A DNA stretch of 64,000 bases, taken from positions 64,509 to 128,508 of IMG/VR virus record IMGVR_UViG_3300040801_001812; one strand, 5' to 3'. The notes beneath the pieces are model-generated. The model was given only the letters and a program-made list of their open reading frames with translations, had not been told where the DNA came from and ran no database searches. The position numbers were made by a program, and so were the translations under genes. Source of the stretch: a virus. Positions 36,680 to 45,684 of the stretch are shown here, piece by piece (positions within the stretch are counted from its first letter, which is position 1; each line of letters opens with the position of its first letter).

Positions 36680-37463
36680 AGAAGTTCGCCGTGAACGGCA
36701 GGTCTCCCTCTTGAACAAAACCACACTCGTCGCACACGAGCGTCACGTCGGTGCTGATCCCCGGTGTGTAGTACGACACCTTCGCTCGGAGGTACTGAAC
36801 GTCCTTGGCCGGGAGCGAGAGGATGAAAGCCAATAGCTTCTGCTCCGGTGCGTTAGTGACGTCCTTCCCATCCACCTTGAGGATCTGGCGAGCCAGCCGG
36901 AAAGCCGGAACGGTGTTCTCGACCATGATGCCCTGCTTCTTCTGAGCCTCTAGGCCCTTGGCATACCGCTCGATAACCGGCTCGTCGTACCCGCGCATGA
37001 GCCTGAAAGAGATCTCCCGTTGAGTCTCAGGCAGGCGCACAGTGAACGGCTCCGTGTCATCATCCGCAAGGTACTTCATCTGAAAGTCATCGGGGATGTG
37101 CACCGTCTTGGTGTTCTTGTGACCGCATGTCTCACGCATGGTCTTCCGGGCAGGGCACGTCCAGGTGAACGTGTACTCAGGACCGTAAGAGATCGCACGA
37201 AGCATGAGGAAGAGGAAGAACTTATCACTGCCGATAAGGCTGTTAACTTCTATGGTTTCGGCGATGCAGCGCTTCAACATACGGTCGATGGAATCACCAC
37301 CGGGGTTATTGAAGATGGCCTCTTCGACCATGGTCATTGGGGAAAGACTCAGCTTCCCAGAGTGCATCGGAGTACCCTTCGGGTACAGGATCCCACGGGA
37401 TGGTAGACTCACCGAAACGGTGGTCTTCGGGATCGGCTCCAAGAAATCATACTCATTCGCCAT
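36444..37463 (-). CDS. tail assembly chaperone / baseplate hub assembly protein (T4 gp26-like)
   Basis: LPS.G..Y, MT..EE, D..FL...LR..SYG..Y.....C...CG, LP....I.FR, C..CG, NFF motifs. Confidence 0.85.
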   Translation of the reverse strand: MANEYDFLEPIPKTTVSVSLPSRGILYPKGTPMHSGKLSLSPMTMVEEAIFNNPGGDSIDRMLKRCIAETIEVNSLIGSDKFFLFLMLRAISYGPEYTFTWTCPARKTMRETCGHKNTKTVHIPDDFQMKYLADDDTEPFTVRLPETQREISFRLMRGYDEPVIERYAKGLEAQKKQGIMVENTVPAFRLARQILKVDGKDVTNAPEQKLLAFILSLPAKDVQYLRAKVSYYTPGISTDVTLVCDECGFVQEGDLPFTANFFRLSDEELEGPVGDEVRPDVLPGDEQPGDHDDGPSGTDVPPQEADRGEGVGSGVGEAQARRHAPRRVSRSDQTSSRRR

Positions 37464-37497
37464 TGTGTCCTCCTAATCAGGATTGGTTGGTTATTGC

Positions 37498-37539
37498 AAA
37501 AATACAGCCTGCCTCTTATCGGAAAAAGAAGGCAGGCTG
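37498..37539 (-). terminator. intrinsic terminator after the tail tube gene
   Basis: CAGCCTGCC...GGCAGGCTG followed by TATTTTT. Confidence 0.7.
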
Positions 37540-37579
37540 AAAGTTCTTATAAAGAGAGAGAGAGTCGAACAACGTCACA

Positions 37580-38122
37580 TTAGACCGATACGAACAACGG
37601 AACTGCCTTGTCGAACTGGAATGTCACGTTCAGGCGCATGATATCACCGTTGATATGCGATGGGGCTTCCTGTGAGATGTCTTGCGGCCAGACACCGATA
37701 AGTTCCCAAGATCGAGAAATTGAACCCTTAGTGTCGTACATCGTCAGGGTACCGTGGCTCTTGTAATCCGCAGCATATCCGATTTCAGAAGTGAGCGGGT
37801 TGTACACGAGGTTGGACCACGCTTCGATCATTGCGTAGACACCCATGTTGACCATGTCACGGTACACCACCGGTCCCGGTGCGTAGAGTGGCCGACCAGC
37901 GATATACACGGTTTCGTTCATGTAGGGGAGCTGGAGAGGTTCACTGTTGTGGCTAACCCCGAGCGCGGTTTCGACAGACTTCAAGAGGATTTCTGCATCG
38001 CCTGCGGGAGGAGAAATGAGCAGCTCAAAGTTATGTCCTCTCTGTGGCTCGTACCCACCGCCTGGATTGGCGATGTGCTTGGCTCCCAGAAGATCAGATC
38101 CGATTGGTTCCCAGTAAGGCAT
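37580..38122 (-). CDS. gp19: tail tube protein gp19
   Basis: EPQR..NF, Y.AGR, W...VYNP....G...DYK, W.L.G.WP..I, F.FD motifs. Confidence 0.9.
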   Translation of the reverse strand: MPYWEPIGSDLLGAKHIANPGGGYEPQRGHNFELLISPPAGDAEILLKSVETALGVSHNSEPLQLPYMNETVYIAGRPLYAPGPVVYRDMVNMGVYAMIEAWSNLVYNPLTSEIGYAADYKSHGTLTMYDTKGSISRSWELIGVWPQDISQEAPSHINGDIMRLNVTFQFDKAVPLFVSV

Positions 38123-38171
38123 GTTAAGAACCCTCCTATGTAGTTCACATCAAATAAAGAGCCTTCAAGGG

Positions 38172-39308
38172 CTACACCCTAAGAAGACTTTCAACCAATC
38201 TACTGATGATTTCCTCTCGTGATTCAGCACGCATGAGGGACATCCGCAGACGGTGGTTCGATTTCCTCGCTTTCTTCCCGGCTTCCATGTAGTGGTGAGC
38301 CGGTAGGTCAATAGGCGTTTCCTGTTTTGGGGCATTTACAGCCCGCTTCAGGGAGTGGTAGTGATCCGTTTCGTGCCGTAGGCTGTTCAACCCAGCCCCA
38401 GCGAAGGCCCCGAGTGTCGTTCCAACTTTGGGCGCGTGCTTACGGACGTACCGATGAGGAGACCCTGCTGCCAGCATTTGGCCTGCAACGTGCCCTGCAA
38501 CCGCTCCAGCAGCGATCCGGACACCAGAGCGCCCAATACGTTGCTTGTTGTAGGCAAGACGCTTAGAGGGGCTTGCTTGCACGCTACGCTCGGACTTCAT
38601 CATCTGGTTCTGAAGCATGTCTTCCCGCTTCTTGAACCATTTGGCGAAGCTCTTCTTACGCTTACTTACCTTTTTTACGTAAGGGTGGAGCTTAGAGCGA
38701 ATTCCAACATAGCGAAAACGACGACGCTTCCGTTGGAACCCGGTGATTTGCTTGGGCAGCTCATGAGAACGGCGGGACTCTGTCATCCGCACCATGCGCG
38801 GGGCGTCCCCAGCCTCTTCATCGCCGTAGTAGACAGGGCTGTTGGTACGCTGCACCGGCATGGCGGCATAGTTATGCTGGGGATACACATCGTACCCACG
38901 GTAACGAGCTTCCTTGTTGGCCCGGATCTTTTGCCGCATGGCCCGAACTTTCTTGATCGCGTAGCCCGTAGCAAGTGCTCCCGTAAGAGCCACACCAGCG
39001 CGAATAGCCGTTCCTCGAAGCGCGTCGTTCCGTACAGCAGCCATCTTGTTGTAGTGACGGTCCTGCATAGCCACCCGGTTAGCCAACTTGCGCTGCTGCA
39101 CGACACCAAGAGGCATCGTGCGTAGGTGACTCTGTCTGGTGAGATGATCCATGCGACGTTGGCGATCCCCAAGGTACTTGGTGGCCCTGCGGTAGCGGCC
39201 AACGTCTCTTCCAGCAGCACGGAACTGCTGCCCAGGATAACGGGCAGCAGAAGCCAGGGACTGTCTCCAGCCCCCGGCTTCAGCGAGAGTAGTCGTACGG
39301 CCCGACAT
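38172..39308 (-). CDS. highly basic protein with glycine-zipper-like hydrophobic segments
   Basis: R/K-rich; AGVALTGALATGYA, AAGAVAGHVAG, GTTLGAFAGAG; fills the gap between sheath and tube. Confidence 0.65.
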   Translation of the reverse strand: MSGRTTTLAEAGGWRQSLASAARYPGQQFRAAGRDVGRYRRATKYLGDRQRRMDHLTRQSHLRTMPLGVVQQRKLANRVAMQDRHYNKMAAVRNDALRGTAIRAGVALTGALATGYAIKKVRAMRQKIRANKEARYRGYDVYPQHNYAAMPVQRTNSPVYYGDEEAGDAPRMVRMTESRRSHELPKQITGFQRKRRRFRYVGIRSKLHPYVKKVSKRKKSFAKWFKKREDMLQNQMMKSERSVQASPSKRLAYNKQRIGRSGVRIAAGAVAGHVAGQMLAAGSPHRYVRKHAPKVGTTLGAFAGAGLNSLRHETDHYHSLKRAVNAPKQETPIDLPAHHYMEAGKKARKSNHRLRMSLMRAESREEIISRLVESLLRV

Positions 39309-39312
39309 GGGC

Positions 39313-41151
39313 TTAGTACAGGATTTCGTCGAAGTTCGCGCCGGTTGCGGTGATCACGAGATCAACCTGGATGAACTCAGCCGCTTTGACTGGCTTCAGG
39401 AAGATCTGTGCGTGCATCTCGTTCCGGTCGATCACCGCAGGGGTGTTCGTGGTCTCGTCGCACTTCACGCGGAAGTCGTACAGGCCACGGCGCTGGGTAA
39501 CGTCGTTAAGGAACGGGATGACGAGGTGACCGAACAGTCTCCAGGTCTTCTCGTCGTTAGGCTCGAAGACGAGGTAGCGAACGGCGGTGCTGATCACCTT
39601 ACGGAGATACAGCAACAGACGACGGACGTTGATGCGGTCCAGAGCGGTTGGCGCACGTTGGAGCGTACGCTGACCCCAGATCACCAGACCGTCCTTCGTG
39701 AACTTGGCGATGGGGTTGATCGCGTTCTGGTCGCCGTAGAGCAGGTCCATCTCGCCAGGAGTGGCACCCATCTCGACGTCGATACCGGAGATCACGCGGC
39801 CTCGGGAGATACCGGCTGGAGCAAACCAGCTCTCGGTGCTCTGGTCGGTGTAAGCGAACACCGCCAGCGCGTGACCCGAAGGAGGCGTCCAAGCGTAGGC
39901 TCCGTTGTAGGAATCGTACACCTTGACCCAGGGCCAGTAGCAGGCCGCATAGCTGCTGTTGAAGGCAGAGTGCTGGCCAGCGTAGTCGCCCGTACCGTTG
40001 TGCCAGTCCACGACCTCGGAAGGACGCAGGTTCTCTGGCGGGTCAATGATCGCGAGGCAGTCCGCACGGGACTCAGCGATAAGGATCAACTGGTTGACGA
40101 CAGCCGCGTCTGACCAGCCCGGAGCAGCGATCAAGTTGATGTCCACAGCGCTTGGCGAAGCGAAGAGCTGCAAGCCGGTGGGTGAGGAGAGCGTGTCGTC
40201 CCAGGCCACACCGTTGATCTCGGTCGCGCTCACGCTGCTAGCGTCGGTGTCACCACCGGACAGCGTCATTGCGAAAGTTGAGGTCAGGTTAGTGGGCAGT
40301 TCAGAAGAGCCACCAGCAAGATCCGTATCCAGATCCACGGTGATGTACTCGGACACGTCGTTGATCTTAGTCTCGATGAACTGAGTGTTGCCCGTGGTGT
40401 CATCCAGGTCTACGTTGTTGAACGACTCAACAGCAACCCCGTCCATGAAAACGTTGATCTTCTTGGTCCCAGTAAGCGAACCATCTTCGACGGTGATCGA
40501 GATGTTGTTGCCCCACTCACCTTCGGAGATGGCCGAAACGGCTACGGCGTCCGTCAGGTAGGTGTAGTCGGCATCAACAGTCGAAGCGGTCTTCGGGGCA
40601 AGGGTACCAAACGCCATGGTGACCACGCCTGTGCTGTACACGATGCTTCCAGCTCCGTCCACAGAACCCACCAGAACACCAGCACCGTTATCGGTGAAGG
40701 TTTCAGTGCTGTCGTCGCTCATGGTGAAGGTGATGGTGACGGATCCGGGTTTGATACCATCGTCGCCCAGGTTGCTGAACGCGGCAAGAACGAAGCTCTT
40801 GGTCGCATTATCAAACGCAGGAGTCGGGGCGGGGTTTTCGGCCTCAACGTCCGTGCCATACTGGAGGGTATCAGTAGCTGCCGCAGCCGAATCACCGACC
40901 ACACGGACGAACCAAAGCTGACGGCCACGACGCAGGTACTGGAGAGCCGCATAGGACTCGTACCCGATGGAGCTGTCAGGGGCACCAAAGGTCTCGACGA
41001 ACTGTTGCTGATTGGTGATGTAGGTCCGCACGTTCGTCGGTCCCTTCGAAGACACACCAACCATGCCTACGATAGTGGTAGACAGGGCAGGCACGTACAG
41101 CGAAAGATCCACTTCGCGGGTGTACACGCCAGGGGAAACATAAACGCTCAT
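39313..41151 (-). CDS. gp18: tail sheath protein gp18
   Basis: SPGVY.RE.D.S, WFAPAG..RG, WGQRTL, DRINVRRL, FEPND, CDETTN, KP.K.AEFI. Confidence 0.97.
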   Translation of the reverse strand: MSVYVSPGVYTREVDLSLYVPALSTTIVGMVGVSSKGPTNVRTYITNQQQFVETFGAPDSSIGYESYAALQYLRRGRQLWFVRVVGDSAAAATDTLQYGTDVEAENPAPTPAFDNATKSFVLAAFSNLGDDGIKPGSVTITFTMSDDSTETFTDNGAGVLVGSVDGAGSIVYSTGVVTMAFGTLAPKTASTVDADYTYLTDAVAVSAISEGEWGNNISITVEDGSLTGTKKINVFMDGVAVESFNNVDLDDTTGNTQFIETKINDVSEYITVDLDTDLAGGSSELPTNLTSTFAMTLSGGDTDASSVSATEINGVAWDDTLSSPTGLQLFASPSAVDINLIAAPGWSDAAVVNQLILIAESRADCLAIIDPPENLRPSEVVDWHNGTGDYAGQHSAFNSSYAACYWPWVKVYDSYNGAYAWTPPSGHALAVFAYTDQSTESWFAPAGISRGRVISGIDVEMGATPGEMDLLYGDQNAINPIAKFTKDGLVIWGQRTLQRAPTALDRINVRRLLLYLRKVISTAVRYLVFEPNDEKTWRLFGHLVIPFLNDVTQRRGLYDFRVKCDETTNTPAVIDRNEMHAQIFLKPVKAAEFIQVDLVITATGANFDEILY

Positions 41152-41183
41152 AACTTAACCTCCTAACGGTCTTATCAAGGGTC

Positions 41184-41555
41184 TTATTCGGTCTCTTCGT
41201 CTTTGCCCTCAGCCTTCTTCAGACGGCTGCGGGGTTTCTTAGAGGCGGGTTTCTCTTTCTCCTCAGGCTCTTCTTCGTCGAGTTGGATAGGGTCGAGTTG
41301 GATAGGCGACTCCCACGGAACTACGGGCTTTTCAACCTTAGCCTCAGGTTCGGGTTGGGGCTCGACCTCGATTTCTTCGATCTTGAGGATGCCGAAACCG
41401 GCTTGACGACGGATGTGGAACGTCATTTCCTCTTCGGTCAGCTCCACTTTTCCACCGCGCATAATCTTGAACTGAATGAACTTCCCTGTGTCGGGGTCAC
41501 GACGGAAACTGGAACGCGCTTGTCCCGATTTTCCGATTAAGAGATACTTCTTCAT
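41184..41555 (-). CDS. hypothetical protein with acidic/Pro-rich tail
   Basis: SD AGGAGG before ATG 41555. Confidence 0.7.
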   Translation of the reverse strand: MKKYLLIGKSGQARSSFRRDPDTGKFIQFKIMRGGKVELTEEEMTFHIRRQAGFGILKIEEIEVEPQPEPEAKVEKPVVPWESPIQLDPIQLDEEEPEEKEKPASKKPRSRLKKAEGKDEETE

Positions 41556-41594
41556 GGACCCTCCTAACTTGGTCACTAAATAAAGAGCCGTACG

Positions 41595-42185
41595 TTACTG
41601 CCTGGGGGAAGACTTCTTCTTCTTCAACTCCCCAAGAGCGAACCGTAGCTGCTGTTTCGTGAACCGGTTACGGCCTCCCATAGCCGGGTCATCCTTGTTG
41701 ATGCCCATGGGCATGTTGAACCCACCGATAGCCGATGCCATCGTGTCTTCGATTACCTGCTGGAGAACCTCCTGCTGCTCCTCAGATCTGAGCAGCCAGA
41801 ACTTCCCCTTCTTAGCCCCCGCACGGATACGGGCGTTGGTTGCTTCGTGACGACGCTCTATCTCATCAACGGCCTCTGGGATAGAAGCCTTCTCATTCCA
41901 GCCTGGGTGCTTGCCACGAACAGCCAGTGCAACACGTTTATGTAGTGGAGTGCGTTTCTTCCAGTTTTCAACACGCTTTCGCCTACCACGAGCCTCTCTT
42001 TCCATTTGCTTATAGTGCCATGCTGAAAAATGATGCCGTTCAGATTTTTTGACCCCCTTGGGGAACACCCCTTCAGTATGATCAAAGAAATCCGTGGGGT
42101 GGGCTTTGTGTGCTGCGTGAAAACGCTTACGCATTTCAGGTGTGGTCTCTTTTCTAAGTCGATGTGCATATTCATCCCATTCCAT
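41595..42185 (-). CDS. basic hypothetical protein
   Basis: TAATG-coupled to the gp15-like gene; H/K/R-rich. Confidence 0.65.
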   Translation of the reverse strand: MEWDEYAHRLRKETTPEMRKRFHAAHKAHPTDFFDHTEGVFPKGVKKSERHHFSAWHYKQMEREARGRRKRVENWKKRTPLHKRVALAVRGKHPGWNEKASIPEAVDEIERRHEATNARIRAGAKKGKFWLLRSEEQQEVLQQVIEDTMASAIGGFNMPMGINKDDPAMGGRNRFTKQQLRFALGELKKKKSSPRQ

Positions 42186-43018
42186 TATTTCCACTCCAAT
42201 ACCTGGGAAGTGTCGCCGGTATCCCAGAACTCTTGCTTGTCAGCCCACTCAGTCTCCAGCGTTTGGAGGATCTCCTGCGTGCTATCCTCGATCAAGGAGA
42301 CGGAGACCTTCTGAACCGTACGCACCCAAGAGGTTGGGAGCGGGATCCAGCCCTGAAGCGTGACTGTAGCTACTCCTCGGAGTTCGCGTTGCTGCTCACC
42401 ACCTTCGAGGGTAGACACGTTAGAAAAAATGCCCTGGCTCTGCATGTGCACGCCCTGCTCTCCCCACGGGGGTGGATACTGCACATCCACGTAGTAGGTG
42501 GGTTGCGGGAACTTCCTCGCCCACTGCTCCATCATCATGTTCAGCTCTGACTGTTCTAGAACCCAGAAGTCGAACTGGTAGGTGAAGTTGTAGGGTAGTG
42601 GGAAGTTAGACCCCAAGACCATGTTCAAGTCATCAGAGTAGAGCAACTTGCGCCACGGAGCGTAGGTGAACCGGACCTGATCGAATGTGATATCCAGCCG
42701 GGTAACCGAGATCGCCGGGTGAACGATCCTCTCAAGCTGGGTGGGGGCGAACTCGCCCTCCCATTCCATGGCCGTTTTCTTGTCATCCGTCTGGGTGTGG
42801 ATGTCCCGCTCGGAGACCTCTCTACGCGGGGTAGCGAAAACCTGCGGAACCATCTTCTCCATCAGCTTGTTAGTTGACTCATCAACGTAAGGCACCCAGA
42901 ACTGGAAGTAGTTCATGATCGCGATATCGTGACGACGAATAACATCGTAGTTCTCTACGCGCTCACGGGCGACCTCTTGTACCTGATCGCTGAATTCGTC
43001 TTCACGGTAGATGCTCAT
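42185..43018 (-). CDS. gp15: tail terminator / sheath stabiliser (gp15-like)
   Basis: P.IS..R....FD..R, P.PY...YQ.D.W motifs; position between neck and sheath. Confidence 0.75.
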   Translation of the reverse strand: MSIYREDEFSDQVQEVARERVENYDVIRRHDIAIMNYFQFWVPYVDESTNKLMEKMVPQVFATPRREVSERDIHTQTDDKKTAMEWEGEFAPTQLERIVHPAISVTRLDITFDQVRFTYAPWRKLLYSDDLNMVLGSNFPLPYNFTYQFDFWVLEQSELNMMMEQWARKFPQPTYYVDVQYPPPWGEQGVHMQSQGIFSNVSTLEGGEQQRELRGVATVTLQGWIPLPTSWVRTVQKVSVSLIEDSTQEILQTLETEWADKQEFWDTGDTSQVLEWK

Positions 43019-43557
43019 CTAAACCCCGCCTTTTTCATCGTCTGGGCTAGGTCGTGTCGCGCACGACGCCTTACTTGATAAATCTTCGTACGCCACAGTT
43101 GGGTGGCAGGACGCCAGTGGGGGCGGGCGGGCATCGTTCGTGTTCCGTACTCCAGCCACTTACCCAGATCCCGCAGTGTGTACTTGCTCCCAGGAGCCAG
43201 AGGCTCTTCAGGAACAGCAACAATCCAGGTGCCATCCCGCTGTTGGGTAGCCTGGATCGAGCGAACATACCGCCCTGTCGCGATCAAAATGCGGGGGTCT
43301 AACCCCAACATTCTCTTCCTCTTAGCGTATCCTTTTGACAGGGGCACCCAGGAGATCAACTGCCGCTGGATGATCTCTTTCAGGTCATCAGCGAACTCTT
43401 CAGCCATCTCCTGACTAAGACCGGTGATGGCCATATTCCCGGCCAGCTTGACGTTCTTTCGCGCTTCGGCACTGGCTTTACGGGCAGTTGGCCTCCGGAT
43501 ACGAAGGAGTTTAAGCGCCTTTGTAACGGCCCTACGCACTCGCGTGCGGAACGCCAT
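43015..43557 (-). CDS. virion morphogenesis / HK97 gp10-like neck-tail component
   Basis: W.PLS..Y...K, LIATG....SI, EYGT..MPARP.WRP. Confidence 0.8.
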   Translation of the reverse strand: MAFRTRVRRAVTKALKLLRIRRPTARKASAEARKNVKLAGNMAITGLSQEMAEEFADDLKEIIQRQLISWVPLSKGYAKRKRMLGLDPRILIATGRYVRSIQATQQRDGTWIVAVPEEPLAPGSKYTLRDLGKWLEYGTRTMPARPHWRPATQLWRTKIYQVRRRARHDLAQTMKKAGFR

Positions 43558-44063
43558 TAGTACCTCTGGAAAGGCTTACGAGTTTCGTCCTTCGGCGTGC
43601 CCTTCCGGATCCAAGGCGTGATCAAGAACTGGAAGTCGAAAGGGAATCTGCGGTCGTTCATATGAAATCCCTTCGGATCCACGGTCACGACTTCCCAGAA
43701 AATGTCTTGAACCCACACAACGTCCCCATCAGTGGGGACATCCCGATACCTATCCAGCCCCAGACTAGCGATCTTATCCTCAAGACCCTTACGACTCATG
43801 TAAACGATCAGTGAGCGGTCTAGCTGTTGACCCATCTTGTAGAGATTCGCAGTACCGGGGTCACTCACCTCAACGTATCCCGGAACCTCGTACGTCGCGT
43901 CTTCAGGGATATCCCGGTTGATATCCTCATGATACAGCTCGTCGAAGGTCTCAGTGCGGAAGCTGAGTTTATAGACCTTTATCGGGTGCATGTACAGTTC
44001 GTACATCTCCTTCCCAACCTGCTCCATGTACTGGCGGTCTTTCGTGCAGGAAAACGTAGGCAT
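43557..44063 (-). CDS. gp14: neck protein gp14-like (head closure)
   Basis: D.LY.E, P..GDV......WEV..V; follows gp13. Confidence 0.7.
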   Translation of the reverse strand: MPTFSCTKDRQYMEQVGKEMYELYMHPIKVYKLSFRTETFDELYHEDINRDIPEDATYEVPGYVEVSDPGTANLYKMGQQLDRSLIVYMSRKGLEDKIASLGLDRYRDVPTDGDVVWVQDIFWEVVTVDPKGFHMNDRRFPFDFQFLITPWIRKGTPKDETRKPFQRY

Positions 44064-44066
44064 CTA

Positions 44067-44792
44067 TTACCCCATAGACGGTAGGAAGTGAACACTGGTC
44101 CGGATTAGCTCATCCGTGTAGGCCGCTTCGTCTTGTTCGCCTTTTTGTCGTTGGTAGTCTCCATCCAGACTAACCATCCCACCAGCACCAGGAACACCCT
44201 GAGCGAATTTTCCCCGGATGTTCCCCAGTACCTGACGAGCCTTAGCTAGCGCAAGATTGAGGAAAAGCTGTTGGTATTGCCGTTTCACGTCACACACGCC
44301 ATCCAACGGGTCGGCCCAGAACAGCGTGACGTTCATCTGCCCAGGAACTTGGAGGAAGACAGGACCCTCGTCCGTGATGTAGTATCCTTCTTCGGCTCCA
44401 AATTCCCGAGAGATGATCTCGGTCCAGTGACGGACCATATCGTACGTCTGAACGTCAATTCCACTGATACCACCAGCAGAAAGGAAGTAGAAGGGGTCGT
44501 AGAGTAGAGCGCCTTCGATGGACTCATAGGACGAGTAGTCCACACGAACAAACTCTACGTCGAGAACCCCCATCAGGTCGTCTTCCGGAGGAGGAATTAC
44601 ATGGTAACCCCGCGAAGCCGAGTACGCCTGAACATAGATTTTCGGCTGGTACTTGTTGAAGAGTTCCAACACGTCATCAACAATATGACCAACCTGCATC
44701 TCGTTTAGCTCGACGCAAATCGTAGGATCACCCAGCTTCTTGTTGATCCAGTCACGAATGTAGGTCATCGTGAACTTCGCGGGTGCAACCAT
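44067..44792 (-). CDS. gp13: neck protein gp13-like (adaptor)
   Basis: I..KLG.P.I.VEL...Q, ALAKA...LG..RGKF...PG.GG.V.LDG. Confidence 0.88.
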   Translation of the reverse strand: MVAPAKFTMTYIRDWINKKLGDPTICVELNEMQVGHIVDDVLELFNKYQPKIYVQAYSASRGYHVIPPPEDDLMGVLDVEFVRVDYSSYESIEGALLYDPFYFLSAGGISGIDVQTYDMVRHWTEIISREFGAEEGYYITDEGPVFLQVPGQMNVTLFWADPLDGVCDVKRQYQQLFLNLALAKARQVLGNIRGKFAQGVPGAGGMVSLDGDYQRQKGEQDEAAYTDELIRTSVHFLPSMG

Positions 44793-44795
44793 GGG

Positions 44796-45605
44796 TTACT
44801 CCTTCTCGTCGTAACCGAAGTAGGACCACATCGCCACGAACATCACACCCTTGGTGGTGTTCTCGTCGAACTCAGAGAAGGTCTCCAGCATTTCCGGCTT
44901 CAGAGGACACCCAGCTTCGGCAACACCAAGAGCGGCCTCGCGCAGCTCTTCCACGTTGAGCCTACGAAGCTCAGTTCGACTTGGGAAGAACTTCGGCCCC
45001 TGATCGGCCTCGATAACGGTTTCGTCATCGTCGTCTTCAACAACGGTGTCGTCATCGTCATCTTCAACAACGGTGTCGTCGTCATCTTCAACGATCTCGT
45101 CGGTGTCGTCCTCGACGACAGGATCTTCGTCCTCTTCGTCTTCGAGAACCTCCACTCGCTCCTCAACCTTCTCCCCCTCAGGGTTCGGTTCAGAATCACC
45201 AGTTTTGAAAGTAGTGACCTCAACCTTGGCGTCGGTCGGCTCGCCGTCTTCGCCCAAACCCAGGTCATAGGGGTTATCAACGACTGTTTCCTCGATGAGC
45301 GCGGGCGATGTCGCTTGGACTACCTCGGGTTCCTTGCTGAACGCCTTGGGGTCCTCACTGGAGCGAACAGGCAGTCCACCCACTGGATCCGGTTTGAGGA
45401 AGAACGGTGTGCGCCCGAAGGTGTGCTTCGGCTTCACAGATCCCATCGGTTTTTCAATCAGCAACGAAGAGTCGATATTACTGAGGATAAACTCTTCGTA
45501 CCCCACGATAGCATCCTGGGGCATCACAGGAAACGAAGTACCATTCCAACACACGTTGGTGGGTACGCGACCCACGTACAAGAACAACTTCTGTTTGATA
45601 GCCAT
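44796..45605 (-). CDS. acidic protein with VVEDDDDT repeats and a C-terminal helical (Rho-N/SAP-like) motif
   Basis: SD GGAGG before ATG 45605; repeats at 45016-45120; ELRRLNVEELREAA. Confidence 0.7.
   Translation of the reverse strand: MAIKQKLFLYVGRVPTNVCWNGTSFPVMPQDAIVGYEEFILSNIDSSLLIEKPMGSVKPKHTFGRTPFFLKPDPVGGLPVRSSEDPKAFSKEPEVVQATSPALIEETVVDNPYDLGLGEDGEPTDAKVEVTTFKTGDSEPNPEGEKVEERVEVLEDEEDEDPVVEDDTDEIVEDDDDTVVEDDDDDTVVEDDDDETVIEADQGPKFFPSRTELRRLNVEELREAALGVAEAGCPLKPEMLETFSEFDENTTKGVMFVAMWSYFGYDEKE
45016..45120. repeat. degenerate 24-27-bp tandem repeat
   Basis: tcttcaacaacggtgtcgtc at 45034 and 45061, plus flanking degenerate copies. Confidence 0.8.
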
Positions 45606-45632
45606 CTCGGCCTCCAATCTACTAATAAAGAC

Positions 45633-45660
45633 AAAACCCCCCGGCACAGGGCCGGGGGGC
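45633..45660 (-). terminator. intrinsic terminator after the major capsid gene
   Basis: CCCCCCGGC-CCTGT-GCCGGGGGG followed by TTTTG. Confidence 0.85.
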
Positions 45661-45684
45661 TGTTGTTACGGGTTTTTTAGAACC

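Noticed and set aside
37553-37564. (GA)n microsatellite as a phase-variation switch
   Set aside because: Only about six units, intergenic and upstream of a terminator; no evident effect on coding or promoter spacing
21530-41151. Bacterial contractile injection system (eCIS/tailocin) rather than a phage
   Set aside because: Portal, protease, major capsid and neck genes are contiguous with the tail module
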